Positions 41,555 through 54,948 are shown, numbered from the stretch's first letter. The stretch is DNA of 64,000 bases from Octopus sinensis (GCF_006345805.1 NC_043000.1:44392001-44456000), one strand, 5' to 3'. Made by a program: numbers and translations. Notes: generated by a model from the sequence alone, not told the origin.

Positions 41555-44500
41555 ATTATTATTATTATTATTTCGTTCGTTAAGGCAGTGTTCAAGGACA
41601 ACATCATATGTAATATCATGTTCAGAAAGATAGCACAGCAATCAGGCCACAATGAAATATCTGAAAGTTCTGCTGTTGCAAAACTTCCTGAAAATACGTA
41701 ACAGTAGCTAATCACTGAAATAGTGATGAATCACGCTATACAACTGAAGTGAAAAGAGTAATGTCACATAAGAAAGTCGATTCGATGGTTCGTGATTTTT
41801 CCATTGGTCCTCGACAAACAGCTGTAATAACCCAAACGTGTTCACTGGAAAGATGAAAAATCATCTACATGCAGTGGCTTAGTAGAGCCATTGAAATGTC
41901 AGACTTATTGCTTTGATATTTTTGTTCCAACACTGAAATCTGAGTTGAAGTTCCAATAAGCTTAACGTTGCCTTTCATCTTTTTGGCACCAAGGAAAAAT
42001 GGCAGTAAAATGCATAGAGCTGAGTTTAAACTTCATATGCTTGTATAGCCTACACGCACATAAACTGGCACTTTAGTCTTTGATGGCGTGCACTGTGTTG
42101 CAAATTTTTGGGCCAAATTTCTAGTTTGTGGATGCCTTTCCCTTCTCTTGCTACTATAATATGTCATTGCAGGATGCACAATTTTCCTGAACTTTCAGAA
42201 TTATATTCTAAAATATAATTCAGTATTTCGAATGGCATATTTTGGAGCTAATAAAGACATTTCAAACTTTTGATTCTATAAACGGTATAATATTCAGGGA
42301 CCGTAATGCCATTTTATGGACGACCTGTTGCTAATACAATAAACACGTTACGAATACGTGCAAATTATTTAATTCCATTGATGGCAATGAAGTTAATCTC
42401 AGCAAGGGTGTACCGATGTCATCAGTGGATTTAAGTTGTACATATCTATACAATATAAAGAAATACTTCAAAAACAACTATGTTCTTCCATCTTTAGATA
42501 TGCAGTTGAGATCATAAATGATAGAAATTTGAAAATATTCATCCGCCAGCTGCAAAGCCTGAATGCAGCTATAATCCACCAGTGAATCAGAAATTGCTAT
42601 AGTAATGGCAAACGAACTGCATTGTCGGGATGATTGCCAGAGCGTTTCCTAATAATCCCATCTACAATTGTAACTATAGTGGCTCTGCAAAGAGTTTCAA
42701 TAGTATCGAAATCTTGCTTTCAGAAAGGTGTTGGTCATCATAATGAGAGTGAAAAGAATGCGACAATTCTAGAGACAGCAATATAGTAGAATAAAGTCGG
42801 CTATTTTTTGCTAAAATCTTCTAACTAAAAGGAGCCACTCCATACATTCTCATGCTTAAACTTAACACATCGAAAATTCTAATTCATAAACTTAATCTTC
42901 AAACATTTGCTCAGGTACAAAGTCATTTATTGGGGATTTCGTCATCTCTCCTGCATAATATCACAATCATGTCAGGAAACTTTGATGGTGCCAGTTGCCG
43001 TTTTCTTCTATGAAATGTACTAGACCCGATTATCTCAATATTTGTTTTTGAGATCTTTCAATTTTTTAATAGACTCAGTTTTCCCATGACTGTTAATTAA
43101 TGACGAACGTTGTTGGACTGGAACTATTATATCCAACATTTTCAGCTAAAACTGCACCACAAACTAAGAATATTTCTTACGCCTTGACTTTGAATGAAAA
43201 AGAGGGCAAATTGAATTCCGTGAAATCATATTTTTAATGAACATATAGAAAAGTCCTAATTCTTTACGCCTATAATTTGCGGTGTATGCCAAAATATCTA
43301 TATTTTTGCAAAGGGTTTCTAGTTTTACTAAAATACACCGGCATTACAGAATTTCTAGTGCACACGCACTCGGGTACTCACATAAAAGGTATTCGGTAAT
43401 TTTCCGAAGTAGTGCATTGAATGATTACGATGAAAATTCTTAACCACATTATGCTAGCATTCATTTTGTTCCTTTATTTTCTTTGCAGAGATTAGAGCTT
43501 TAGTTTCTCTAATCTTCTTATAGGGAAATTACTTACCAACTTTAAAATAAACTGACATATATTGAGCTATAATCTTGGAAGGAAGTCTAATTAAATGTGG
43601 TCAGGACAAGCAAAATCTTATACAATTTAATCAGGTGTTAAGCTTAATAAAACTATGATAATATTAAGGAGATAGAGATAATCAGTAATAACCATATGTA
43701 TTCGATATATTGCTAAGTGAGTTGTCACGGCCTATGTCAGTAAATGTCAAACTGTTTAAATGCGAAAATTGAGTTATGCTTGCGAAATGTGAGCAGGAAC
43801 AATAGTTAACGTCTTGCTTAGGAGCAACTAAACAGTTATTATATCAGATATGAGACTAATGGGAATGAAGTCAAAATCGCTGCAATATATTAAGGATAAT
43901 ATTCATTCAATTCGTTTCGACTATAAAATAACTACTAATTTATGATGAATATAGTAGTGCCCGGAAATAAATTTTAAAATGTACGTTCAAAAGTATCTTG
44001 GCCTTGAGGGTTTTTTTCTTATTTCATATTTCTTATGCATTTGCACTTACATTGTATCTCTTATGAAAGTATCTAATGTGTTTAAGTGTGATATGAAAGA
44101 CGTGTGAATCTTATGATCTTGGTTCCAACAGTGAAAGTAATAATATAACAGCTGCTTTGTTTAAAACATTAAGTCCTCTTACTAATAGGTCTGTCAAACT
44201 TATAATAAGCAACATATTCCTCCTGGTTATAAATAGGTAAGTATCAATTTTGCAATATTACAATTATGAAGGAAAGTACAATTAAATAAACAATTCTTTC
44301 TTTTGCAAAAAATTATCTTGAATATTTTGGAGTAAATCTCAAAATATCTCACAGATTGATTATTTGGAGGTCAATAAAATATCTAATTAGTGGGCTCATT
44401 AAATTGTCTGTGGAATTTTGTACAGTCTCTTACAAACGTCACAGCAAGTTATTTCAAATTCCATTTCTAAAACAATGGTTTAGTAGAATTGCCCTTAATT

Positions 44501-44999
44501 ATTTTAGGCATAGTTTACTAAAGAGATACCAACTAAGACCACCCTCGAAGTTTCTAATTGGACACATTGTTTTATGTATTGTGGTATACGTAGTGCCGCT
44601 GAAAATTAGGATTCAATTGCTATTTGCAACGCCTTTGCACATAGGTCCCAATAGTTGAGATTGAATTGGGTCTGACAATACAGTCATATTATAAATAACG
44701 TACGAAATTATTCAATTAAACCTGGTTTCCGCAAAATATTTTTCAAAGAGTTCATTGAAATTTGCAACAAAAAACATTAAGCATGAAAAAGCAAAATACT
44801 TTCCATTGCAGAGCAAATCTAAATGTTTTTAATTAATTAAAATTACTTGTTAACATTTCTTTCACCATATTTTCCTACAGACGGATGCACAAAACTCATG
44901 TTAAATCTACTGCAATATACTAACAGTTATGAACATATGTTTCGTGGGAAATATATCATCTATGCTGTGAAACTTGATAAAATGATACTATTTAATATT

Positions 45000-45235
45000 A
45001 GTGGAGGCACGTTGTTTAGTGTTTAGTGTAGTGGACTTATGATTGTAAGATTGTGGTTTCGATTTCTGGAGGGGATGACCCTTTCGATTCCTGGAGCGGA
45101 CGACGCTCCTATCCACTCAGCCGGGAAAAGATTAGTAACCCTGGGACTGACCGGCTTCCTGTCAAGGGGGAATATAAAGCTGTGAAAACTGGAAACCGTC
45201 CCTATGAGTGTATGTGACTCAAGAACGAACGAACT
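45000..45235 (+). mobile_element. tRNA-derived SINE, family C, diverged and internally deleted
   Basis: GTGGAGGCAC head, GTTTCGATT B-box-like, AACTGGAAACCG.CCCTATGAG 3' end as in 53527 and 61600. Confidence 0.65.
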
Positions 45236-45849
45236 CTACTTTTTTTATTATTAGTCGTGCCTAGCGTTTTTGTCATTCACATTCGTTATCTTATAACAAT
45301 AAACTTCATGTCACATCATGTCTTCAATTGTTACACTTTCCAACGGAAATAACTTCAAATTTGTTAGCCACCTTTTATTAATATGTTGTAGGGAAGCAGT
45401 AAACAGCAAGAAAAGGAAGAGGTACAATGAATTAGTGTGTAGAATTAATTGGGCAGAGAAAGGAGAAAGAAAAAGCTATCGAGGAATTATTTAAATGCGT
45501 GTTGTTACTATTTGTATCCCTTGAACAATATTCTAGTTCTCTCAAAAACAATTTCTGCTTTCGATCGCTTTGTCATAAAACATATTTACTATATTGAATT
45601 AATATAATAACGATATATGAATTTCTACACTTAAATAAGCATAAGAACATTTATATAACGCAAGAAATTATAACTATCACAAAAAAAACTAAAGAATTAA
45701 ATAAATTCATTACTCATGCTTTTTTCTACTACCCATATCTGAAGATAGAGATATGATAGAGATGTAACTAGTATTGTATTTGTTTAGTCCTCACTGGTGT
45801 TTAAGAAGGAACGGAAATTTCCTACCTTTTGTTGCTTTTAAATATTCCA

Positions 45850-46505
45850 GGCAGTTCGTACGCATTTGTAGTACACCTTTGCAAAATGGGATCGAGAAAA
45901 AGTGGGAGTCACAATATTTCTTCACAGCCCTTAACTCAAAGAATATCTGCTTAATTTGTAATACCTGCATCAACACGCCAAACGAATACAACTTGAAAAT
46001 ACACTACGAAAATTCACGGCTAAATAACAAGGTCCCATGCGTGTATTAAACTGAAAGAATTGAACAAGCGTGCTTTGTAAAAAAATTCTAGGAGGAAACG
46101 TTGCCCTTGTGACTGCAAGTCATGAAGTGGGTAGAATGATTGCTAGCTTTGGAAAATCATAAAAACTATCTGGTGAGAACGGTCGAAGATATTTGCCTTG
46201 AGAAAGCAAAGACATTCAAACATATTTCTTTAACAATAAATACTGTGATAGAAAGATAATAAAATGTGGGACGACTGAAAGATGTATCATCAAGTTTTGT
46301 ACATTTTTAGTTGCTTTTTATGCGACTGCCGACTTTAGCAGCCTGGCGCCGCTTGCTAATTCTAAAAGGGCTTACGATACTGAATTTGATATATATGAAG
46401 AATTGCTTGAAATTGTAGAAATGCATGATACTATAAACAATTCTGTTATTTTTCAGAATGTGGAATAAGTCGTCCATGAATATAATTTTAACTTGGTTAA
46501 GCTTT
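45850..46505 (+). pseudogene. hAT (Buster/Charlie/SPIN, GTF2IRD2-like) transposase fragment
   Basis: KWESQYFFTALNSKNICLICNTCINTPNEYNLKIHYE (BED-like N-terminus); downstream ICLEKAKTFKHISLT.NTV..R and EFDIYEELLEIVEMHDT...IFQNVE motifs in broken frames. No TIRs found. Confidence 0.8.
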
Positions 46506-46607
46506 CAGTCTAGGTCTAACATAGCGGACACACGTAATTTTATTCAGCGCAAATTACGGATAAGACACAACACACACACTCAAATCCAGTCCTCACACGC
46601 CAAGTTC

Positions 46608-46735
46608 CATTACTTTTACTTTTAGCTGTTTCAGTCATTTGACTGCGGCTATGCTAGAGAACCGCCTTAAAGGGTTTTAGTCGCAGAAATCGACCCCAGG
46701 ATTTATTCATTATAATCCGAGTACTTATTCTTTAT
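46608..46735 (-). mobile_element. SINE family B 3' tail
   Basis: TGTTTCAGTCATTTGACTGCGGCTATGCTAGAGAACCGCC..ATCGACCCCAGG. Confidence 0.75.
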
Positions 46736-49087
46736 TAACTTATTATTGATTGTTTTTATGATAACAACAGTTTTGGATTGTCCAATTTTTTAAACTTCTA
46801 GCAATGTCATACGAGGGCTACACGTGTTTGAAAATAGCCGAAAGTGCCCTGCATGTCGCGTATTAGACATGGCTGCCTTACACCATGCGAAGACGGCCTC
46901 CGTTAGTTCTGTGGAATTGCCTTCCATGTGTATCTATTAGAACACATTTTGTCTTTTGTATACAAATTGCTATAAATATAATTCTGGAAGCAGTTATTAC
47001 GAGAGTTTACATAGCCCCGCAATAAGAATAGGTACTAGATATGTGTGAAAAAGCTTCCTTTGAATTTGATAAAAAGAATGTCGATGTGTATGAAACTCAT
47101 TAGTCACCATCAATGCAGAAACATTTCATGAAATTATTTCTCTCGTGTTATTTAATAAACACAATTTCAGTAAACAGAATGCTGAGAATAAAGCTGAGGC
47201 ATACGAAGAAGTTTGAGTAGAGTACATAGAGGAAATTAAATGCAATATTTATACAGCATAAACAGAAATTATAAGCTAATATTCCAATGTCACTTCTCGT
47301 ACTCTCGACCGTGTAAGTTCCATAATGAGTGACATTTCACCCTGACATATTATACACAAGCACAAGTAATTGTCTCTTAATAAAGATAATTATATTTTGC
47401 TATTTAAATTATTGTTTATTTAGCTATTTTGCAAATCTAATTTGAAGGACGAATACTTCCTCGGTACTCTGTTCTATGGTTATTTCGTGAGAGAGGCATT
47501 TCGTGTTTTGGAAATATAGATAATGGTTGTGATGCAAAAACCACAGTTATGGTCATTTATCTTAAACTAAGAACTGAAAATCTTTGTTGTGGTCCTTATG
47601 TTAAACGTTTTAACCAGCGAATAAAACCTGTATTAGGCAAGAATAATTGATATTCGTGTAAACAATTAAACTGAGAATAATATTCTCGTTTTCTTTCGTA
47701 AACGGAAAATCTTGTGGATTGAAGTGGTTATCTAAGTAAATTTTCTCCCATTTCTTGGCAATAACTATTTGCTATTGATCAACAAAGAAAGCCTTACATA
47801 AAACTGAACTCAAAAATATAAATCCACAAACAGTGTAAGAATTTCATTGCCTCGTGATTCAGCTACTTTAAAGTCTTCATCATCCAAACTTGAAATGCAA
47901 CGTCAACTTTATCCATTGACAGTAGTTCAAAGAATTGTATGATAGAGACAGCATTGATTGTAATGTTCCTTTTATTTAAGAGGAAATTTTCACTTAGGAG
48001 ACACACCTGAGGATTATATTTGAAATCGCTCTGTACAGGGAGGTTACAAAATCGAGTGATCTGTCATAAGATATACCACACAGTTTACATGAAAGATACA
48101 TTGCACATTTGCTGATAGTGGTTTTCTATCCATTAAATAGTGTATGAGAAATCTCAGTATGATACAGTATTTCTGAGTGCGATTTTGTAGGCAAATGGTA
48201 TAATGTCATTAAAATCACTTCGTAGCCCCATCTATCCGAACTGTCGGATGAAATGAATTTCAGAGTGGTTACCTCCTCTTTGACCACAAAAACCATACAG
48301 GGTGTACTGTGTGATGATAAATGATATTCACTCTCTCATGATATTCCCATCATTGTACAATGACGGGTAGCGCTAAGCAGCGGCTTACCGCAAAATATTT
48401 ACATTTCATGGTCAACTACGAAAATTGTCGCATGTAGTTAAGCATCATTTCAGAGTATATACTATTCATTATATAGATCTTCAATTGCCTGTATAATTGT
48501 GCGCAAATATGGGCATACACTTAGTTTTTTTAACCCAATATCCATTGGAGCATGAATAATATAGCAGCTATAGAATAAGAAAGCAAAAGCTGGTTTAGCC
48601 TGGCATAAATTTGCTGTTGACCATGCTGGAGCAAGGCGGAATAACGAGCCCAGATCAACGACACCACTCATCGATAGATCCAGAAAGAGAAGTCACGAAT
48701 TTGTCATAAACACAACATGCTTCTAAATACTAGGCTTAATATAATGCAATTTAAATATGTATGATACAAAATGAAAGTAAATTTTGAAATTCAAAATATG
48801 AATCATATCTCTTTTAACACTTCGATGTTGATTAAATTTCACAACTTAGTAGTATTCTAATTGCTATTATAAAATACAATTAAATTATATTAAACTATAT
48901 TTTAAGTGGTTAACTTGTTATAACATTGTTATGCAGGTTTTATTTTAAACATATTTGCAGTAGTGTTATGTTTAATGCATAATATGAAAAACATTCAATT
49001 TTTTGAAATGATTGCTTAATGATATTGATGTTAAATTCGTGAAAGCCTTACAGCTGAATATTTTACCGTTATTTTTCTCCTCTCTAG

Positions 49088-49187
49088 CAAAGTAATATTG
49101 GTTTCAAATTTTCGCACAGGACCAGTAATTCCGGGGAAGTGGTAAGCCGATTACATTGACTCCTGGGATCCACTGATAATTACTTAA
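49088..49187 (-). mobile_element. SINE family A 3' fragment
   Basis: ATATTGGTTTCAAATTTT tail and CGATTACATTGAC.CC core; ends abruptly at the family D sequence. Confidence 0.6.
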
Positions 49188-49615
49188 TCGAGTCCGACGT
49201 GGTGATCTCGTATCAGGATAAACAGCGCATGACCTTACAGGTGGAGCAAAATTTCAACTGTTTTCTCGTAGAGTAGCACATCACGCTCAAATGTTCTCTG
49301 AATAAAGGTTGTTTAAGAATGTTGAATGAGGCACATATATTTTCAGAATTATTTAAAACCCATAGAATTTCTCTCAACACATGGGTATAATGGTCCTCTA
49401 ATATTTCTGCTCATGGTCCTCATATGCTCATAAAGTCAGCTACTAAGGAACATGCATGATTGGTTAATATTGAGCAATTGACAAACAAATCTGCGGTATT
49501 GAGTAGAATATTTGCTGTAGATTTAAACCAAGAAAAGTTATATATATTATAACACTTCAAATCAGTTAAGATAAGACGCTGTGAGAGACAATGCCTAGGT
49601 ATTGCATCAGGGCAT
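49188..49615. mobile_element. family D element, truncated copy
   Basis: Aligns with 41140-41550; abuts a (ATT/ATC)n tract at 49616-49640. Confidence 0.65.
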
Positions 49616-49637
49616 TTATTATTATCATCATTATTTA

Positions 49638-51185
49638 TTGTCTTTGCACAGTTTCTAACACTGAAGATATACTACGGTGCCAGTTGTTCACTACCAGTGA
49701 ACAAAAGTAACACTCCTTATTTCTCGAGCACCACCCAGAGTATTCGAGCTGTTCCAAACAGTGTTGTTTTTTGCTAGTGCTGCACTTTTATTGCAGCACC
49801 TATTTGTTCCATGTAATTCTCAAGAATTACTTGGAACCGTTCTCAAGAATTACATGAAACAAATAGGGCTCCGACAATTATCGATACTATTACCACATTT
49901 TTTATCGACCGCAACTGCTAAACCTCCCATGCTAACCTATCATATCTATCGGCTTTTCTTTCTTATCGCATACCTTGTTGTCAGCTGGGCATACTATATC
50001 TATGATCTCCCAGCATTTGCTTTCTTTCTCAGTTAACTCCGATTGGCTTCCTATTCTCTATCTCATGGTCGCACTGAATCATATAATCCCATAGGATCTT
50101 TGTGTTATCATTTTCGATGATGCCTTCAGGTTTATGTTCTTACCATTTTTTTTACTATACTTGTTGCAAATTGTCCAATGGATAATCCTTGCTATATTGT
50201 CATGACGTCTCTTATATTCTTTCTGGGCTAGTGGCGTACATTAACTGGTAATATGCCATAGGGTTTCACCATTTTGTCTACAGACTCTGTATTTATCACT
50301 TCCAGATGTGCTGTTTATTATGTACTTGATATATTTAGATGCTCAGTTTCCGGTATTAAATCCCTCTTAGACGTCCATAGCCATATTTTCTCTCTTATCT
50401 GTGTTATCGTCTATATGACTAAATAAATGTCCATGCATTTTTTTCTTTATCCATCTATTTTCAGTTTCATTCCTTCTCTACTCTCCATGCGATTACTCCT
50501 GCTCCATATCTTGGTAGTGAAACCGCCCAGGTGTTTGTAGCTTCAATGAGATTCCGTCCGTTTAATTTCGACTTAAGGATCGGTCTCAGTCTGCGCAAGT
50601 ACACCACCTTAACTTTTTCTGTCATTTCTTTCTCCATCAAATTGTCCATTTCTAATATCCCTAAGTACTTATATCCCGTCTCTTCTATCTGCTTCATAAC
50701 CTCTCCCGACTGTATCGCTAGCCCGCCTATACATTTGATTTTGCCTCTCATCAAGACTAACACACCACACTTTTTCAGTCCGAACACCATTCTGATATCA
50801 GCACTGTAGGTATACACCGTATCAACGAGGGAACTGACTTGGGATTCATCTTTACCATAAAGTTGGCGGTCATCCATGAAAACAAGTGGTTGACATTTTA
50901 TTGGCGGCTTTTAAATACATACCCAGCCTTTGCTTTTCTCAGAATCAGAGTTAGTTGTATCATGCACATTACAAACATCAGTGGGGATAGGCAGTCCCCT
51001 TGGAAGATGCCTCTCCTGATTTCTATTGTCCCTAAACTTCTATATGCTGTCAGTTCCAACCTCCACTTCGCCACACTTTTTCCAAGCAATCTCTCAACAT
51101 TCGATGCAATACCAAATAGGTTCATACATTCCATAATGCAAGAGTGTGGGATCATATCGTACGCCTTACGATAATTGATCCGTGT
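49638..51185 (-). mobile_element. 5'-truncated R4/Dong-clade non-LTR retrotransposon (RT, CCHC, restriction-like endonuclease)
   Basis: RT motifs INYRKAYDMIPH, IRRGIFQGDCLSPL, HLFFMDD, FGLKKC, YKYLG, LKSKLNGRN..ATNTWAV; then KKMHG, RVC..GETLWHI..C, EYKRRHDNIARIIHW, KILWD, IID..CPAD, TARIL..VLEK*; the 3' end runs into (TAA)-rich repeats. Confidence 0.9.
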
Positions 51186-51640
51186 TGTGTCCTAGCATAT
51201 GTGCTGGTTCTTATCGTTTTCGTATTTTCCAGTGGTGTTCTCTGTCTATTATTTTAATTCCATCCCACAGGGGAAGGTGGTTTCCATTTTTCCATACATA
51301 ATCAGCTATACTCGTTTTACAATATCTTCTCGTGTCAAAGCTTTGCAATGTCCCTCTATCCTTATTTTGGGTCGCCTTTGTATAACCTACCACAGCCGCA
51401 TGGGATAGAGTATACGCAGTTTGGGGTCATATTTTCTTCTATTTGTGGTTTTACCCGAAGGAGATATTTGCGAAGTGTTGTATTACTGTTGAATACTGTC
51501 CTGATGTCATATGTGTCGCATATCTTTTGCATCGTTTCGGAGAGGCCTTTCACATAGGGTAAATAGACTGTAGACAGTTTATTGGTTTCATCCTCTCTTT
51601 TCTTCATCAATATTTCCAAACATATTCTCACAAAATCAAA
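51186..51640 (-). mobile_element. Penelope/Poseidon-like element GIY-YIG endonuclease fragment
   Basis: VYLPYVKGLSE, CVYSIPCGCGRLYKG, IADYVWK.GNHLPLWD.IKIIDREHHWKIRK motifs with frameshifts. Confidence 0.85.
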
Positions 51641-53526
51641 ATATACTGTTTCCCAATCTGCGACACAAATTCATAAATTTAAAAGAAAATATTTACTAAA
51701 ACAATATAAAACAGAACGTCATAACACCCAAAAAATGTAATTGATATTTCCTTGCTTGTATGCTTAATATATCCTATACAAACTGCACTAATCTGTTCAT
51801 ATCTACGAATACATACCTCCCATAGACGACTTAGTTAACAAAGTAAGTGAACTGTAGGATTTGTTCAACTACCCCTTGCTTCGATACGCCTTGCTGCTGC
51901 ACATGCTCCAACCTCTAAATCAATAGACACATATTTAAAATATCAAAATAGGACTACAGGATTCTTGAAAATATCGTAGGCACATTGTCATTCCATAAAA
52001 CCACTTACACAGAGATGTAGAGAATGAAGAAGACAGAGACATAATTTTATGATGAAGTAAAGTTCTGGGCGCTCACCGACAATGGTACATGCTAAGTAAT
52101 ATAAGCTTGCCGTTCACTACTCTACATTAGGGGGGTGCAGTGTGTGTCCAAACTAAGGAACTGCATAGTATACGTAGAAATGTGTCACGTCACCGAAAAT
52201 AAGATGACTTCATTACATATTCCAGTACATTTTTCAAAATACTCTTTCGCTGTCTTGCAGATTTTCTGCAATATCATATGCTCAACGTCTGGTCTGCATT
52301 AACTTAAATCTGTGGCACAGATTTCTTTGGTAATACAAGCAACACTAATATTAGAAATCCAGATGGTATTTTTTATGGAATTTGCAGTCTAAAGAAAAGT
52401 AGTTGGTTAATTCTAACTTATAACTTGGACTGATTTATAATTATATCTTTCCTATCTTATTTGAAAGTCATAGAATCCTGCAGAAATTAATCTGCGGCGT
52501 TTATGCTTCTCTATGTCTGAGAAAATCTCAGCTGCATCACAATTATGCGATGAAAAGTAAATTTTCTCGCCAAACCTTCAATTTTTCTGAGAGAAATTTG
52601 TTTAAAATATAGATGTGCAGCATAATTATTTTATTGTGAAGGATATTTGAAACTTTATAGATAGCTAGAGAGATAGCTAATCACTTAAATGCATCAAACG
52701 TAATCTGATCACATAATATATGTATTTATTACTTTGACCAGAGAGCTGCTTTCAGGCATTAATGAATTGGATACAGAGCCAAGTGTGAAACTCTATAAAA
52801 GGGCAGAAAAAATGGCAATAAAAGTTAAATAGTGTCTACTAAAATTGCTATATCGGTAGCAAATGTAATCCGATGTACACATGAATGAATTTAATGGCTA
52901 TAGACTAGAATGAAAGATCTAAGATAACTGTAGTAAAACAGACGTAATCACAATCAATACAACTTGATGTTGTCTGGTAACTCTTGTTTTACAATAATTC
53001 TTAAGCAGCCAAATGCATTGTAAAAGTCCTTTTCACCGGCTGAATGTTTATGGTCAGATATTTTATAATATAGCTTCTATTATGTATCGTTGTTAACTTA
53101 TACTAACATTTGAGATGCTAGTGTTTACAGCTAGTATTTAGCTCTCTATAATACATATTCAACCATCTGAAAATTCTATTGATGAACACGAGAAAAAGAA
53201 TGTAAAATTTCTATTGTTTTAAGATTTTATTAAATTGTTGCCTATAAATATGCGGTTAAAACACTGTTTCTGTATTCGACAGAGATTCACTGCTGATTAT
53301 ATGAGTTGATGTGTGATTATTTCTTACGGTAAGACCTATGCTAACACATTTCTTGCAGTTGAGCGAAGAAGTATTAATTACTTACATCATTTGTGGGGAG
53401 AAGCATTTATTAACTTTATGATAAAATTTGAAAAATGAAAGACAGGTGAAACGACTCGAAATACTTAATTAGTGAAAATTAGTAATTAGAAATATACCTA
53501 ACGCTCGATAAACGTCGCCCTTTTCA

Positions 53527-53812
53527 AGCCAAGCCAGGCTCATGGGCCCGGTTTCCCGGTTTCTGTGGCGTATGTGTTCCCCCCAGCTGGACGAGACGTC
53601 AGTCTATCGAAGCATTACTCAAGAAACAGGAAGAGAAAATGAGAGAAGGTTGTGGCAAAAGAGTACAACAGGGGTCGCCACCAACCCCTGCCGGAGCCTC
53701 GTGGATGTTTTGGGGGTTTTCGCTCAATAAACACACACAACACCCGGTCTGGGAATCGAAACCGCGATCCTCCGACTCCGCTGCCCCAACCACTGGGCCA
53801 TTGCGCCTTCAC
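53527..53812 (-). mobile_element. tRNA-derived SINE, family C, full length
   Basis: Minus strand begins GTGAAGGCGCAATGGCCCAGTGGTT (A box) ... GGTTTCGATTCCC (B box); homologous to 61600-61900. Confidence 0.88.
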
Positions 53813-54717
53813 AATTAGAAAATATAACGTAGGCTAAATATGATAGAAAGCCTGACTATATTACCTTTATTACTTATTTTGTGCTTCAATAGATTACTAC
53901 TTTATACCATATATACTTTATATAGCATATTACTGCATATACATATTTATGCAAGTTGCGCATAGTGTAGTGCATCAATAGAGGAGTTATTACTACACTA
54001 TAGGTTCATGTGTCCTGGCTCACATATGAGTTATTGCACATGGGTGCAGTTATTTTATGTCACAGTTATTGTATGTCACAATAAGTATCTCACCACCTAA
54101 GTCATTCAACATGGCTCTATATTTAAGAGAACCTACAAAGCTTACGTGTAGATATGTATTTTATTTTGCCAGGAAGAATGAATTACCGTTTCGGAGACAA
54201 AATCATGTAGATTTTAATGTTGGATATCTAATCTGCCTCTTCACTAATTTAAATTTTGTAAAACACAACTATTTCATTTAAGAGATAGGTTCTTTATTTA
54301 TAAGTTTTTTTTAAATTCATTTTTTTAAAATATAATTTACATAAGCTGAATTTTCATTGAGAGAGAACAAAAAGAAACTAAAACAATGGCATTTAGTATT
54401 TCTAGTTCATGGAGTCGGTAACGAAAATCCGTCGAAAACCATTTTGCTATTGCCTTCTCCTGATCGATAAATAAAATAACCTTTAAGGACAGGAGGACGT
54501 TGAACTATAATATGCTCCAATCATATGTAAGTAATCAGCATTATAATTGTTTTCAAAAAAGTGAAAGGTGTCCTTATTAATTGTGCTTGTAATTTATGCG
54601 ATACACTGCCACGTCATCCAAGCATTTCTCGGCTTGCCTTCTTTCTAAGCACACATATTTGCTACACTCAATCGTCCCATTTCTGTCTGTTGCCTTCTGC
54701 TATCAGTCTTTATATTA

Positions 54718-54948
54718 AAGGTGGCGAGCTGGCAGAAACATTAGCACGCCGAGCGAAATGCTTAACCGTATTTCGTCTGCCGTTACGTTCTGAATTCAAA
54801 TTCCGCCGAGGTCGTCTTTGCCTTTCATCCTTTCGGGGTCGATAAATTAAGTACCAGTTACGCACCGGGGTCGATGTAATCGACTTAAACCGTTTGTCTG
54901 TCCTTGTTTGTCCCCTCTGTGTTTAGCCCCTTCTGGGTAATAAAAAAA
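54718..54948 (+). mobile_element. SINE family A, full length with 17-bp TSD
   Basis: TSD TATCAGTCTTTATATTA at 54701-54717 and 54949-54965; closely matches 92-326 (reverse complement). Confidence 0.92.

Noticed and set aside
48311-48363. GTGATGA box-C-like motif and the palindrome TCATTGTACAATGA
   Set aside because: No box D (CTGA) at a suitable distance; 7-bp-arm palindromes are common by chance.
52306-52324. AAATCTGTG-G-CACAGATTT near-perfect palindrome
   Set aside because: A 9-bp arm is within chance expectation for this window size.
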